Shown piece by piece: positions 29,101 to 37,911 of a stretch of DNA of 64,000 nucleotides. A program made the translations under genes and the position numbers. Below the pieces are notes generated by a model. The model was given only the letters and a program-made list of their open reading frames with translations, was not told the origin of the DNA and made no database searches. The first letter of the stretch is position 1, and each line of letters starts with the position of its first letter. The stretch comes from Candidatus Latescibacterota bacterium (GTDB taxonomy: Bacteria > Latescibacterota > UBA2968 > UBA8231), in NCBI GenBank assembly GCA_965197905.1, contig CBDAOB010000005.1, positions 2,560,001 to 2,624,000 on the forward strand, written 5' to 3'.

Positions 29101-31823
29101 ATTCCGGTTCGGACTCCCGTGTCTACGGTGTCGGCGACGATCGGATCTATCTGCTGAACAATGGGCGTATGCTTGACGGAAACTACGCCGGGGCTCACCG
29201 CGAACACTGGGGGATTTTTTCCATCGTCACCGACCAGATAGATGTAATAGTCCCCGCTTTGTGCCCGCTGAATCGATGCGAACAGGCTGTCTTTCAGGGC
29301 TGCTGTCGGGTCGTCCCAGGTGTAGGTTTGCCCGCTTCCTTCGACGAAATCATTGGTGGCTGTGGTCCCGGTCACATCCCGTTGATCGACGATCAAGGTG
29401 CCGAAGATGCGGATGTCTCGCACCGTCTTGAGGTCTCCGGAAGGGTAGAAGTAAAGGGCCGCCTTTAGAGTGCCGCTGAAATCGTCCTCACTGTCGGTTA
29501 AGCCGTATTGAATATCGAACGAGCTGTTGGCCACATCCCCCGTTCCGTTCGGCTCGGTGATGGAGACAGAGGGACCGTTGTTGGTCGGCACGATATCGAT
29601 TCTGGCACCAAGGATGAAATAGGACCCGGCAGTGACGAAGGCGCCAGTCGGGTCGGTCCCAACCCGGATCGTCCGTGCTCCAAGTCCCGTACCGGCGCTG
29701 CTGGCGGTGCTGTTGGTAATCACTTGAAGGTTGGTGGAGGAATCGCTGCCCAAAACGTTTAGTTTCGCCAACAGACCTATCTTGTCGTCGTCATCGCCCC
29801 ATTCATTGGTGGAGGTGGCGTCTTCGTTGATCAATCCTTCGAACAATTTGTCGTCATCCGCGAGCGTTGTTGCCACTGTTTCCCATGAACCGGCGAGAAA
29901 CCCATCGGTGCTAGCGTCGAGCGCACCCAGACTCGCCCCGTTTGTCGGATCGGCAACATGGATGTACACCGGATTGTTGGTTATCTCCGCCGCCACTGTC
30001 TGCTGGTTTACCGGCGTGTAGGAAAGGGTGTATTGATACGCTCCCACGGGGATCGACACATCTTCGTGGGTAGTGCTTCTGCCCAGAACCTTGAAGTAAG
30101 AATGATGGTTCACGTTGGTGACGTTGCCCAACCCGAATCCCTCTCCCGTTCCCCCCGCAAAGGCTAAGTATATCTGATTCAGATCGGGATGTTCGGTGAG
30201 CGCTGGGCTCAGGAGGAATACGTCTGTGGCAGCGATACCATCTTCCGTCCCAGAGTCCGAGTCATCGTCCGCCACCTTCTCCGGCAAGGTCCAACTGTTC
30301 CCGTTGTAGAAGGCATAGTAGATGTCGTGCTCGTTCCCGCTGCTGTAGCCCGCCGTAAAAGCGATGTGCAGATCACCCTTGTCTTCCAATCGATCGTCGA
30401 CAACGGCTGCCACACGTTCGGTAAGCTCCCAGTCCAGCTCAATATTGTACTCCAGATTGCCGTCGTCGAACACGGAGGTCCCAGTGCTCCATACAGATGC
30501 GGCGGTTCCCCATGTAATGCCCGTTCCGATGGTTCCGTCGTCATCGTACTGATTGAAGTAGACGCCTTCAGCGGGAGTCGTGTCTCCAAATTTGAACACG
30601 GAATAGACTCGATCGGGCAGGCGATTGCGGTCGATGGCGAGGGTCGGGAAGTAATACCTGGCATCGGTTTCGACCGCGGCGTTGGCGGTAGTCTCGTCCA
30701 CGAAGGTGGTCACCGTGGCCCCATCCACTGTCTGATTCCAGCCGGCTCCACCGGTGGTGATCCAATTGGTATCCGCCAGGGCGCGCTTATGCTCGATGCG
30801 ATTGTCCGTATCGTTGAAATAGAGGAGGTGCAGGGCGTCGCCGTCGCCCACGGCGATATCCGGACCGGTCTGACGATCTGCGTCAACGGCTATCCGCACC
30901 CCACCGGTACCGGCGGTTCCGCTCTGCCCCACGGGAAGAATGGAGAATGGACTCGTGTACCGATTCACCTTTGCCAACATGACGTCATCCGCACCGCCCC
31001 CCGTGCTGGCTCCCCGGACGTAGGTCAGGAAGATGTTGTCGCGGTCGTCGATGGCCATGCGGGGGAAGGCAGCTGTCTTTCCCTCCGTGTTCGCCACCGT
31101 ATCGAAGTCGTTGACCACAATCGGACCCTGAGCGTCGGTGGGAGACCAGTTGCTGCCGCCATCAACGGAATAGGAGAAATAGACATTCTTGTTTCGGCGC
31201 CGATCGGCTGTCGACACGAAAGCGTAGACCACGCGCGGGTTTCCACCGCTGTCGACCTCCAGATCAAGCGTGGAGTAGGACACTCCACCGGCGACTGCGA
31301 AGCTCAGCGGATGAAACCGCAAGGTGTTCGACACACTAACGGCCGTGCTGAAACTCTTGCCGGCATCGAAGCTACGGCTGTACATGACCTGGTATACCGG
31401 TGTAATGCCCCCGTTGAATGTGGCACCTGCAGAGGTGCCAACCTCTTCGATCCACGCCATGTGGATCACCGGAGTGGTTGCCGCCTGGGTGACCCCCGGC
31501 GCCGGCAGATTCGCGTTGGTGCCAAACGGCACCACGTCCACCATGGCGATGTCCACCTGCATGCCGTCGGTATCGGTGCCGTCGACCTGGACCGCTGCCT
31601 CAATCGAGTGGAAATGCGCGTACACCGGATGTTCTTCGGTGGCGGCTTGATTCAGGTCGACCCGCACGCTTATCTGTTCGCCGACGACGAAGTCGGCGCG
31701 GACTGTGCTATCCTGTGGGGAAAAACCGACCGGGGTGCGATTCTCGAATATAGGCGCTGCCCCGCGTGCTGCCGACGCCACGACTACGCAAAGCAACGCG
31801 ATATGAATGCGCTGTATTCCCAT
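26136..31823 (-). CDS. Giant secreted protein A (1895 aa): BNR/propeller-like region, Ig-like repeats, cohesin, dockerin, cohesin, FlgD-Ig/T9SS CTD
   Basis: Signal peptide. Asp-boxes SFDAGKSF and SVDGGSNW. Repeated Y.W(D/N)...Y.IY modules. VGDTLTFEVLV cohesin. GDVTEDNEIDEDD / ADLNNDGRVGVED paired Ca loops. LAGYAFDLSYDP cohesin. LGQNYPNPFNPSTTI...RKMTLVK. Confidence 0.85.
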   Translation of the reverse strand: MGIQRIHIALLCVVVASAARGAAPIFENRTPVGFSPQDSTVRADFVVGEQISVRVDLNQAATEEHPVYAHFHSIEAAVQVDGTDTDGMQVDIAMVDVVPFGTNANLPAPGVTQAATTPVIHMAWIEEVGTSAGATFNGGITPVYQVMYSRSFDAGKSFSTAVSVSNTLRFHPLSFAVAGGVSYSTLDLEVDSGGNPRVVYAFVSTADRRRNKNVYFSYSVDGGSNWSPTDAQGPIVVNDFDTVANTEGKTAAFPRMAIDDRDNIFLTYVRGASTGGGADDVMLAKVNRYTSPFSILPVGQSGTAGTGGVRIAVDADRQTGPDIAVGDGDALHLLYFNDTDNRIEHKRALADTNWITTGGAGWNQTVDGATVTTFVDETTANAAVETDARYYFPTLAIDRNRLPDRVYSVFKFGDTTPAEGVYFNQYDDDGTIGTGITWGTAASVWSTGTSVFDDGNLEYNIELDWELTERVAAVVDDRLEDKGDLHIAFTAGYSSGNEHDIYYAFYNGNSWTLPEKVADDDSDSGTEDGIAATDVFLLSPALTEHPDLNQIYLAFAGGTGEGFGLGNVTNVNHHSYFKVLGRSTTHEDVSIPVGAYQYTLSYTPVNQQTVAAEITNNPVYIHVADPTNGASLGALDASTDGFLAGSWETVATTLADDDKLFEGLINEDATSTNEWGDDDDKIGLLAKLNVLGSDSSTNLQVITNSTASSAGTGLGARTIRVGTDPTGAFVTAGSYFILGARIDIVPTNNGPSVSITEPNGTGDVANSSFDIQYGLTDSEDDFSGTLKAALYFYPSGDLKTVRDIRIFGTLIVDQRDVTGTTATNDFVEGSGQTYTWDDPTAALKDSLFASIQRAQSGDYYIYLVGDDGKNPPVFAVSPGVVSVKHTPIVQQIDPIVADTVDTGVRTGIKANPYDLDFTIADFDTEARIQLFYADVSGITSVSVSGVYPNQKFALGKSVSGTRGTAITDSTSLTTRNTEFSWDVTSPLVAQGGYFIYAVATDSSDVVVGNSAQQLVVRHSPSFTFYEPPKDTQRDIDSGSQPVYTIQWQKGPGDKDLDEDAKIDLFFTTDDPAVTDHSTESGADTTSLNTAGGKGTIVEGLTENSDGSNDMYAWNLRTPPNEIPKSRRRVWLYAKGTDGSGNVTVSRGGSVTITHNPYIILNSRFGDASGGDIVRLEWDDYMVDDQSGTEDAYIRLYASRTAGLTSLQTLETNVLGSGGSDDTYIVNSSDGTTSGTIATIREDSSNAFNWDTRSSGLTVPTATYSIYAGIGADPTFVNNTAGRVSEGSNQLILGVGSSANPNLAMVPAKFQGSVGDTLTFEVLVQSGGVSADAVSAIVDLASTKLSVVNPTSPFTDLNGVFVGGTVVEDTTIGTVVRYSKSKGGGEIIGTALDLARLASFRAVIDSSFSSALNLLFDETTSLSLVGSGVALTKSNGLSTQSSRLQNISRGRIKGDVLLEGRSPPIGNGDHTTFLDVHLRLPGSTFDIADSRFKTSNDDFVATADTVEVKTSSSGALTLVSVPAGRYVLTVKDTSHLSGRSDTITVRNGEVVTMSSSIGFFASDIRGDASFLLGQTGRELKAGDVTEDNEIDEDDVNAIDAAWGANAAATSFAQADLNNDGRVGVEDLTVTTSNISNSTGFGAPPVFKVPATVSNGAAGLEILAPGFDDEWRPGREVELVFAARSLEDLAGYAFDLSYDPLEVELLEQIDLGIGEIFAPNPAGYFRRLEQEDGRLSVAAARHGKRWSAAGDGELMRIKVRLFTNGFPNSLELRNGQFLSSSYESTDIRFLSDPRGLAVPKSFTLGQNYPNPFNPSTTIPFNVPAFNMVASLVLVQIDIFNVAGQRVRTIVDDFMQPGYYNAAWDGRNNRGHSVATGIYLYRVRVQEMSLVRKMTLVK

Positions 31824-31829
31824 GGCGTC

Positions 31830-34800
31830 TTACCTGACCAGAAGCATTTTGCGCGTCTGTTGGTAGCGACCGACTTCCAACAGATACAGGTACATGCCCG
31901 AGGCCGCCTGGCGACCCAATTCATCCCTGCCGTTCCAGACGAGGGTGTGAAAACCGGGAGCCAGCTGTCCGGCAGCCAAGGTGCGGATCTTCTGCCCGAG
32001 AATGTTGTAGATCGCCAAATGCACGTCAGCATGATCTGGCACCGCAAACGGGATCGCAGTGGATGGATTGAACGGATTGGGGTAATTCTGATCCAGCCTG
32101 GCTCGCACGGGAACGAGAAGCTCAGCGATGTTCTTGCCCCAGCTCACTGGCTGAAGATCGTAGACCGGGTTTAACAGCAAACCACTTCCGTTCTGGAGAG
32201 ATTCGATCCCCCCCTCTCTCAATACTTCGAAACGCAGTGTTGCCAGGGCGCCTTCTCCAGTCGCAAACCATTCCTTGCCGATCCTGGCACCGATCACTCG
32301 CAGTCGATCTCCGTCCACCCGAGTCTGGAAGACCGATCCGTTTGGATTGGGTTCGAACAGATCACCTTCGAAGTTCCGGTCGCCCATTGGCTCGATGGAG
32401 TCAGGGTCGAATCGCAGATCGAATTCGAAACCGGCCAGATCGTCTAGGTTGTCCACTCTAACCTCGACCTCTACTTCCTGGCCGGGCCAGGTAGACTTTG
32501 CGACGTCGAAGAGGGGATGGATGTGCAATTTGGTTTCGCTGTTGTCGCCTCTGACAATCGGTTTGAATACTGGAGGGGCGCCAAAACCCTCGCTGTTGCC
32601 AAAGTTCGAGGTGGTCACGGTTAGATCCACCGCACCTACCACGTTGTCGTTGTTCATATCCGACTGTTTGAAAAACTCAATGGCGGTGTTGGTGCCCCAT
32701 GCGGCGATGATGAGGTTTACGTCGTCCTCATTGATCTCGTTGTCCTCGGAAGCATCGCCTGCGGTCATCTGCGCCCCATTTTGAGGCAGGATCGTCGTGG
32801 GATCGCCACGAAGGTCCGAGCCGAAGAAACCAAGGACATCATCCGCATCTGCAGGTGTATCATCGATGACGACGGCTTCGCCGTTCCGGATCGTTATGGT
32901 GTCGGACCGTCCGCTGATATGGCTGGTATCCTTGACGGTCAGTATCCACCTGCCCGAAGGAACAGCGGAAAGCGCAAGGGCGCCCGCCGCATCTGTCTCG
33001 ACTTCGACCGTGTCGGTTGTGGCCAACAGGTCGTCGTTGGCGGTGCGGAAGATGCTGTCATCCTCGTCGATGGTGCTGCCAGGTTTTCGCAGGTGGATAT
33101 CGAGAAGTGTCGTATCATCTCCACCCCCCAGGTCGCGACCCTCCAAGATGACTGACGTCGATATGGATCCCCTAGACACCTGGGTAAAACTTGGATCGTC
33201 GTGAGACAACCCGTCCCCTATGTCGTCCACTGGATCGTTCTTGCCCACCTGGCCGAACACGGTTCCCGTTTCGCCACTCACGAATTCCAGGGACGGCGAA
33301 GCGAGCGCCAGTCCGGTGTTGACCAACTGGAAGCGGGCGAACGCGACGGGCACGTCTTGCGTCCCAATCGTCTGTCCCCCGAAGGAAGCCTTGGCGAAAC
33401 GCATCTGGCTCGAGGCGGAAATGAAGGTGTCCTCGATGGCGCTGGTCCCGGGAAAGACGTTGTTGAGGTCGAGAAACGGCTTCGAGATTCCGGGGCCGGT
33501 GCCCTGATCCACCACCGTCCACGCGTTGTCTTTGAGGTCTATCACCACTTGGACGAGATTTACCGCGTCCGGGTGACTCACCATGACATCCATCGTAACC
33601 GTGTCGCCGGTGGCTACGGTCGCGTTGGTCGGGTTGGTGCTGAAATAGCTGGTTTGGGCCCCAGGCTCGACCCCGAGTGTCAAAGCTGTGCTGCTCTTGC
33701 TAATGGTCGTTTCAGTGCTGAGGGCGAAGGTCGAGTCCTTTCCTATGGCGACGTAGACATCGTAGGCTACGGTGGCGAGGCCAAAGAGTCGCGTGTTCCA
33801 ATCGAAGAAGTCGGAGCTGTCCTCCCGAATCGAGGTAACCGTGCCTCCGGTGAGATTGCCGTTGGAGCTGTTTATGAGAAAATCGGTAAGCCCGTCGACC
33901 GCTCCCTCGAGGTTTCCCAGGGTCGTATGCACTGAGGGGTTCGGTATGGCGTAGAGCCGGATGTAGGCGTCGTCGGTGCTGCTGCCATCGTCCACCAGAT
34001 AGTCGTCCCATTCGATTCGCAGCACGTCGTCCTTCACAAAGCCGGGGACATAGTCATCGAGCTTGGAGGACAGAATCGTGATGTGGGGATCGTGTACCAT
34101 GGTCAGGGCTCCGCCCAGCGCCACGTTCTTGTTGCCGCGGCTGTCGGTGATGATAGCGTAGAGCCACACCTTGCCGCCACTTACGCTTTCTTTTGGGACG
34201 TCGTTCGGCGGATTGCGCAGATCCCAGACGTACATGTCGCTGGCAGCGTCGCCGTTCTCAGTCAAGCCCTTTGCGATCGTCTTCGTGTCGACATCGTTGA
34301 GCAGCGAATCGGGAAAATCCTCATAGTTGATCGTCGCCGGATTGTCTGTCGTGAAGTAGAGGTCGATGGTGGCATTGTCATCGAAGTCGGCGTCCCCTCG
34401 GCCCTTCTGCCATTGAATCGCGAAGTTGGGCTGAGAACCGGTATTGATTTCCCGGTGGGAGTCACGGGGAGGCTCGTAGAACGTAAAGGAGGGTGAGTGT
34501 TTTACGGTCAGGAGAGCGGTGCTCTGCCCCAGTGCCACGTTGATCGAATCGCTGGCAACCAGGTAGATGAAATAGGTTCCTTCGGCGACGATTACGGAGT
34601 CGCTGTTGGCGAAAACCGAATCGGTTATGTCCCAGGTGAACTCGGTGTCAACGCTGGTAAGGGTATCCGACTGCGGAATGGCGGTGCCGCGATTGCCGCC
34701 AATGCTCTTGCCAAGCACGAATTTCTGATTGGGGAAACTTCCGGTAGCGGAGAGCGATGTTAATCCGCTGACCTCCGCAAAGAATAGCTGAACCTCGGTC

Positions 34801-37619
34801 GATCCCTGCAGATCGAACGCGCGGACGCTGAAGTCCAGGTCATACGGATTCGCCTTTATGCCGGTGCGGACGCCGCTGTCCACGGTGTCGGCGATGGCCG
34901 GATCTACCAGGTCAATGATCGGTTTGTGACGGATCGCCACCGCACCCGGACTGCGCGCGAAGACGGGTGGATTCTTCTGATCGTCCGCCACCAGATAGAC
35001 ATAATAGTCGCCGCTGGGCACCTGGAAGATGCTCGCGAAGAGGCTGTCCTTTAACGCGGATGGGGGATCGTCCCAGGTGTAGGTCTGATTCTGCCCTTCT
35101 TTGAAGTCATCGGTGCCACTCGAGAATATGGTCGAGTTGTCATTCTCATCGGCGATCAGGGTCGCGAAGATCCGGATATCCTGCACCGATGCCAGGGTAC
35201 TGTCGCCGGCGAAGTAGAGCGACGCCTTCAGATTGCCGGTGGAGATGTCATCATCCGTATCGGTCATGGTGTAGAGAATCGAGTACGAGGTGTTTGCTTC
35301 GTCACCGACTCCGTCCGGCTGAAAGACCTGCACGAACGGGGCGGTGTTGGAATCCACGATATCGATCCGGGCGCCCAGCATGAAGAAAACCCCCCCGAGA
35401 ACGGGGGCGAAACCTCCGCTAGAGGGCACTTCAACCTTAACGGTTCTGGCATCGGTACCGATCCCCACGGTTGCTGCGGTACTGGCACTGATCAGCTGAA
35501 CGTTGCCCGGCACCGCGCCGGCGGTTGCCGAATCGCTGCCCAGAACGTTTAACTTCGCCAGCAGACCAATTTTGTCGCCGTTGTCGCCCCACTCGTTTGT
35601 AGAGGTGGCGTCCTCGTTAAAGCGCCCCTCGAAATTCTTGTCATCGTCGCCCAGGGTCGTCGCCACCGACTCCCATTCCCCCGCCAGGAATCCATCGTTG
35701 CTCTTTCCCGTCGCGCCAAGCCCTTGTCCGTCCGCGTTGTCGGCGGCGTGGACGTAGACCACGTTCTTTTGGATCTCCGTGGTCAGCGTTTGGGAAATTA
35801 TCGGGGTATACGTGAGGTCGTACTGAAAACCACCCACGGGTACCGACTTGTCTTCGAAGGTGACGTCGCGGCCAAGCACCTTGAAGTAGGGGTGTTGATT
35901 GACGTTGGTGAGACCGTCAACCCCGAGTCCCTCTCCGGTACCGCCGGAAAACGCCATGAAGAAACTGGAGGTGTTCGGGTCTTTGACGAGGACTGGCGCG
36001 CTCAGGAACACATCCGTTGCCGCGATTCCGTCGGTCGTCCCCGCGTCGTCGTCGGCGACCTTTTCGGGCAGGCTCCAGGTTTGGCCGTTGTAGAAACCGT
36101 AATAGATGTCGTGCTCACCGCCGCTGCTGTAACCGGCGGTGAAAGCGATGTGCACGTCCCCGCGGGTCGAGAGGCGGTCGTCGATCGCGGCACTGACACG
36201 CTCGGTCACCGTCCACTCCAGCTCGACGTTGTAATTGTTCACCCCATCACCGAACAGGGTCGTGTTCGCCGTGCTCCAAACGGGGGCTGCATTACCCACG
36301 ACCCATCCCGCGTTCGCTCCAACCGCGTTGTCATAGGTGTAGTTATTGAAGAAAATGGTTTCGATTGGGACGGCGCCATCACCAAACTTGTACAGTGCAT
36401 ACACCTTGTCAGGTGAGCTCTGTTTGTCCACGAGGATCGTCGGAAAATAGAAATCGGCCTCCGTCTCAAGTGTGGTATTGGCGACGGAATTGTCGAAATC
36501 GTCTACGTCTCTCCCCGGATTGTTCTGGTCCCATCCGGGTGTGCCCACTGTCTTGTACTCATCCGCGAGCAACGTCTTGTGTTCTATGTCATCGGCCGTG
36601 TCGTTGTAGTAGATGATGTGGAGAACGTCGCCGGTGCCGATAGCGATGTCCGGACCTGTTTCTCGATCAGCCCCGTCAGGCGAAATCCGCACGCCACCCG
36701 TACTCCCTGCGTTTGCTTGCGATCCGACTGCCTCAACGCTGAACGGCGTGGTGGAACGATCGATCTTCGCGAGCATGATGTCATCGGTGGTCCCGGCAGA
36801 TGTGACCCCGCGTACGTAGGTAATGAAGATGTTGTCCCGCTGGTCAATCGCCATGCGCGGAAACGCCGTGTTGCGCGGATCCCCCACCGTCAAAGTATCA
36901 TTGACCACCACGGCGTTGTTTCCAGGTAACCACGAGGCACCGCCAGTCTCCGAATAGTTGAAGAAGACGTTGTCGGGGTTGGTGTTATTGAACTGGGCGG
37001 TACGCCCATCGGGCGAGAAGTCAAACGCGTAGACCACCCGTGGGTTTCCCCGGCTGTCTACCTCGAGGTCGAGAGTGGAAAATGCGTTGGTACCGCCAAG
37101 ACTGAGAGTCAGAATGTCGAAGCGAAGACTGCCAGAAACACTTTGCGGATCAGAGAAGCTAACGCCGGAGTTTTCGCTGCGGGCGTAGAGAACCTGGTAT
37201 ATCGGAGTAGAGACAGGAGTGACCGTCTCCTCGCTGATCCACGCCATGTGGATGGTTCCATCCGTAGAAACCGCAATATCGGCTCTCAAGCCGTCGACGT
37301 CGGTACTGTTGACCTGCTTGCTGCGCTCAATGTTGTGGAAGTGTCCGCTGACTGGATAGGTGGGCGTAGCTGCCTGATTCAGATCGACGCGGACGTCAAC
37401 CCGTTGGCCGAGGACGAAATCCTCTTGGCTCGTGCTGTCCTCCGGAGAAAACCCCACGGGAGTGTTGTTTTCGAAGATCGGAGGTGTCCCATAGGCGTAC
37501 GAAGTCATTCCGATCAGCAAGATCATCACACCGACCATCCGTGCCAGTGAGAAGCCGACCGCGAGACCCGCGCCACCGGGGAGTCTTTGAGTGGGGCCGA
37601 AACCAGCCATGTGTCTCAC
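31830..37619 (-). CDS. Giant secreted protein B (~1929 aa), full-length paralog of protein A
   Basis: Colinear with A throughout (e.g. PIFEN.TPVGFSP.DST, AFPRMAID.RDNIF, HIAFTAGYSSG.EHDIYY, GFGAPPVFK). Same cohesin/dockerin/CTD layout. 6-bp gap to A. Start uncertain (37619, 37610 or 37538). Confidence 0.85.
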   Translation of the reverse strand: MRHMAGFGPTQRLPGGAGLAVGFSLARMVGVMILLIGMTSYAYGTPPIFENNTPVGFSPEDSTSQEDFVLGQRVDVRVDLNQAATPTYPVSGHFHNIERSKQVNSTDVDGLRADIAVSTDGTIHMAWISEETVTPVSTPIYQVLYARSENSGVSFSDPQSVSGSLRFDILTLSLGGTNAFSTLDLEVDSRGNPRVVYAFDFSPDGRTAQFNNTNPDNVFFNYSETGGASWLPGNNAVVVNDTLTVGDPRNTAFPRMAIDQRDNIFITYVRGVTSAGTTDDIMLAKIDRSTTPFSVEAVGSQANAGSTGGVRISPDGADRETGPDIAIGTGDVLHIIYYNDTADDIEHKTLLADEYKTVGTPGWDQNNPGRDVDDFDNSVANTTLETEADFYFPTILVDKQSSPDKVYALYKFGDGAVPIETIFFNNYTYDNAVGANAGWVVGNAAPVWSTANTTLFGDGVNNYNVELEWTVTERVSAAIDDRLSTRGDVHIAFTAGYSSGGEHDIYYGFYNGQTWSLPEKVADDDAGTTDGIAATDVFLSAPVLVKDPNTSSFFMAFSGGTGEGLGVDGLTNVNQHPYFKVLGRDVTFEDKSVPVGGFQYDLTYTPIISQTLTTEIQKNVVYVHAADNADGQGLGATGKSNDGFLAGEWESVATTLGDDDKNFEGRFNEDATSTNEWGDNGDKIGLLAKLNVLGSDSATAGAVPGNVQLISASTAATVGIGTDARTVKVEVPSSGGFAPVLGGVFFMLGARIDIVDSNTAPFVQVFQPDGVGDEANTSYSILYTMTDTDDDISTGNLKASLYFAGDSTLASVQDIRIFATLIADENDNSTIFSSGTDDFKEGQNQTYTWDDPPSALKDSLFASIFQVPSGDYYVYLVADDQKNPPVFARSPGAVAIRHKPIIDLVDPAIADTVDSGVRTGIKANPYDLDFSVRAFDLQGSTEVQLFFAEVSGLTSLSATGSFPNQKFVLGKSIGGNRGTAIPQSDTLTSVDTEFTWDITDSVFANSDSVIVAEGTYFIYLVASDSINVALGQSTALLTVKHSPSFTFYEPPRDSHREINTGSQPNFAIQWQKGRGDADFDDNATIDLYFTTDNPATINYEDFPDSLLNDVDTKTIAKGLTENGDAASDMYVWDLRNPPNDVPKESVSGGKVWLYAIITDSRGNKNVALGGALTMVHDPHITILSSKLDDYVPGFVKDDVLRIEWDDYLVDDGSSTDDAYIRLYAIPNPSVHTTLGNLEGAVDGLTDFLINSSNGNLTGGTVTSIREDSSDFFDWNTRLFGLATVAYDVYVAIGKDSTFALSTETTISKSSTALTLGVEPGAQTSYFSTNPTNATVATGDTVTMDVMVSHPDAVNLVQVVIDLKDNAWTVVDQGTGPGISKPFLDLNNVFPGTSAIEDTFISASSQMRFAKASFGGQTIGTQDVPVAFARFQLVNTGLALASPSLEFVSGETGTVFGQVGKNDPVDDIGDGLSHDDPSFTQVSRGSISTSVILEGRDLGGGDDTTLLDIHLRKPGSTIDEDDSIFRTANDDLLATTDTVEVETDAAGALALSAVPSGRWILTVKDTSHISGRSDTITIRNGEAVVIDDTPADADDVLGFFGSDLRGDPTTILPQNGAQMTAGDASEDNEINEDDVNLIIAAWGTNTAIEFFKQSDMNNDNVVGAVDLTVTTSNFGNSEGFGAPPVFKPIVRGDNSETKLHIHPLFDVAKSTWPGQEVEVEVRVDNLDDLAGFEFDLRFDPDSIEPMGDRNFEGDLFEPNPNGSVFQTRVDGDRLRVIGARIGKEWFATGEGALATLRFEVLREGGIESLQNGSGLLLNPVYDLQPVSWGKNIAELLVPVRARLDQNYPNPFNPSTAIPFAVPDHADVHLAIYNILGQKIRTLAAGQLAPGFHTLVWNGRDELGRQAASGMYLYLLEVGRYQQTRKMLLVR

Positions 37620-37692
37620 GATTCCAATCCTTTAGAACCGCAATTCCGCTACCTGCGGATTTGCAGAGTCCTTTCCTTGTCCCGGCAGGTTG

Positions 37693-37709
37693 AGCAAGAT
37701 CAATGCCAA
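37693..37709 (-). promoter_or_regulatory. sigma-54 (-24/-12) promoter for giant proteins B-A
   Basis: Minus strand TTGGCATTGATCTTGCT = TGGCA, GG-N10-GC, TTGCT. Confidence 0.7.
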
Positions 37710-37846
37710 TTTCGGCCGCTCTCTCAGGTATGGAGTGAGCGATCCAGGGTGCCGGGAGGCGCTGTCGGCCGGGAAATTACTTCCCTCATAGGTCAGTTTA
37801 TTCCCCAGTCAGGACGATTTAGCGGGCGATCTTCGCACCCTTCCCC

Positions 37847-37865
37847 TTGGCATAGCTTTTGCCAA
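37847..37865 (+). promoter_or_regulatory. sigma-54 (-24/-12) promoter for the cohesin/cadherin-like gene
   Basis: TTGGCATAGCTTTTGCCAA: GG-N10-GC with TTGC, about 50 nt before ATG 37912. The site is also near-palindromic. Confidence 0.65.
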
Positions 37866-37911
37866 CTACCCCTCGGACAATCCTATCCAGGAAGGACGGA
37901 GCTCTATTCAG

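Noticed and set aside
30189..32174. 661-aa plus-strand ORF
   Set aside because: Antisense shadow of the giant genes caused by GC-rich codon bias. No RBS or recognisable motifs. The same applies to the other long antisense ORFs (e.g. 1069..1929, 17889..18701, 48100..49059).
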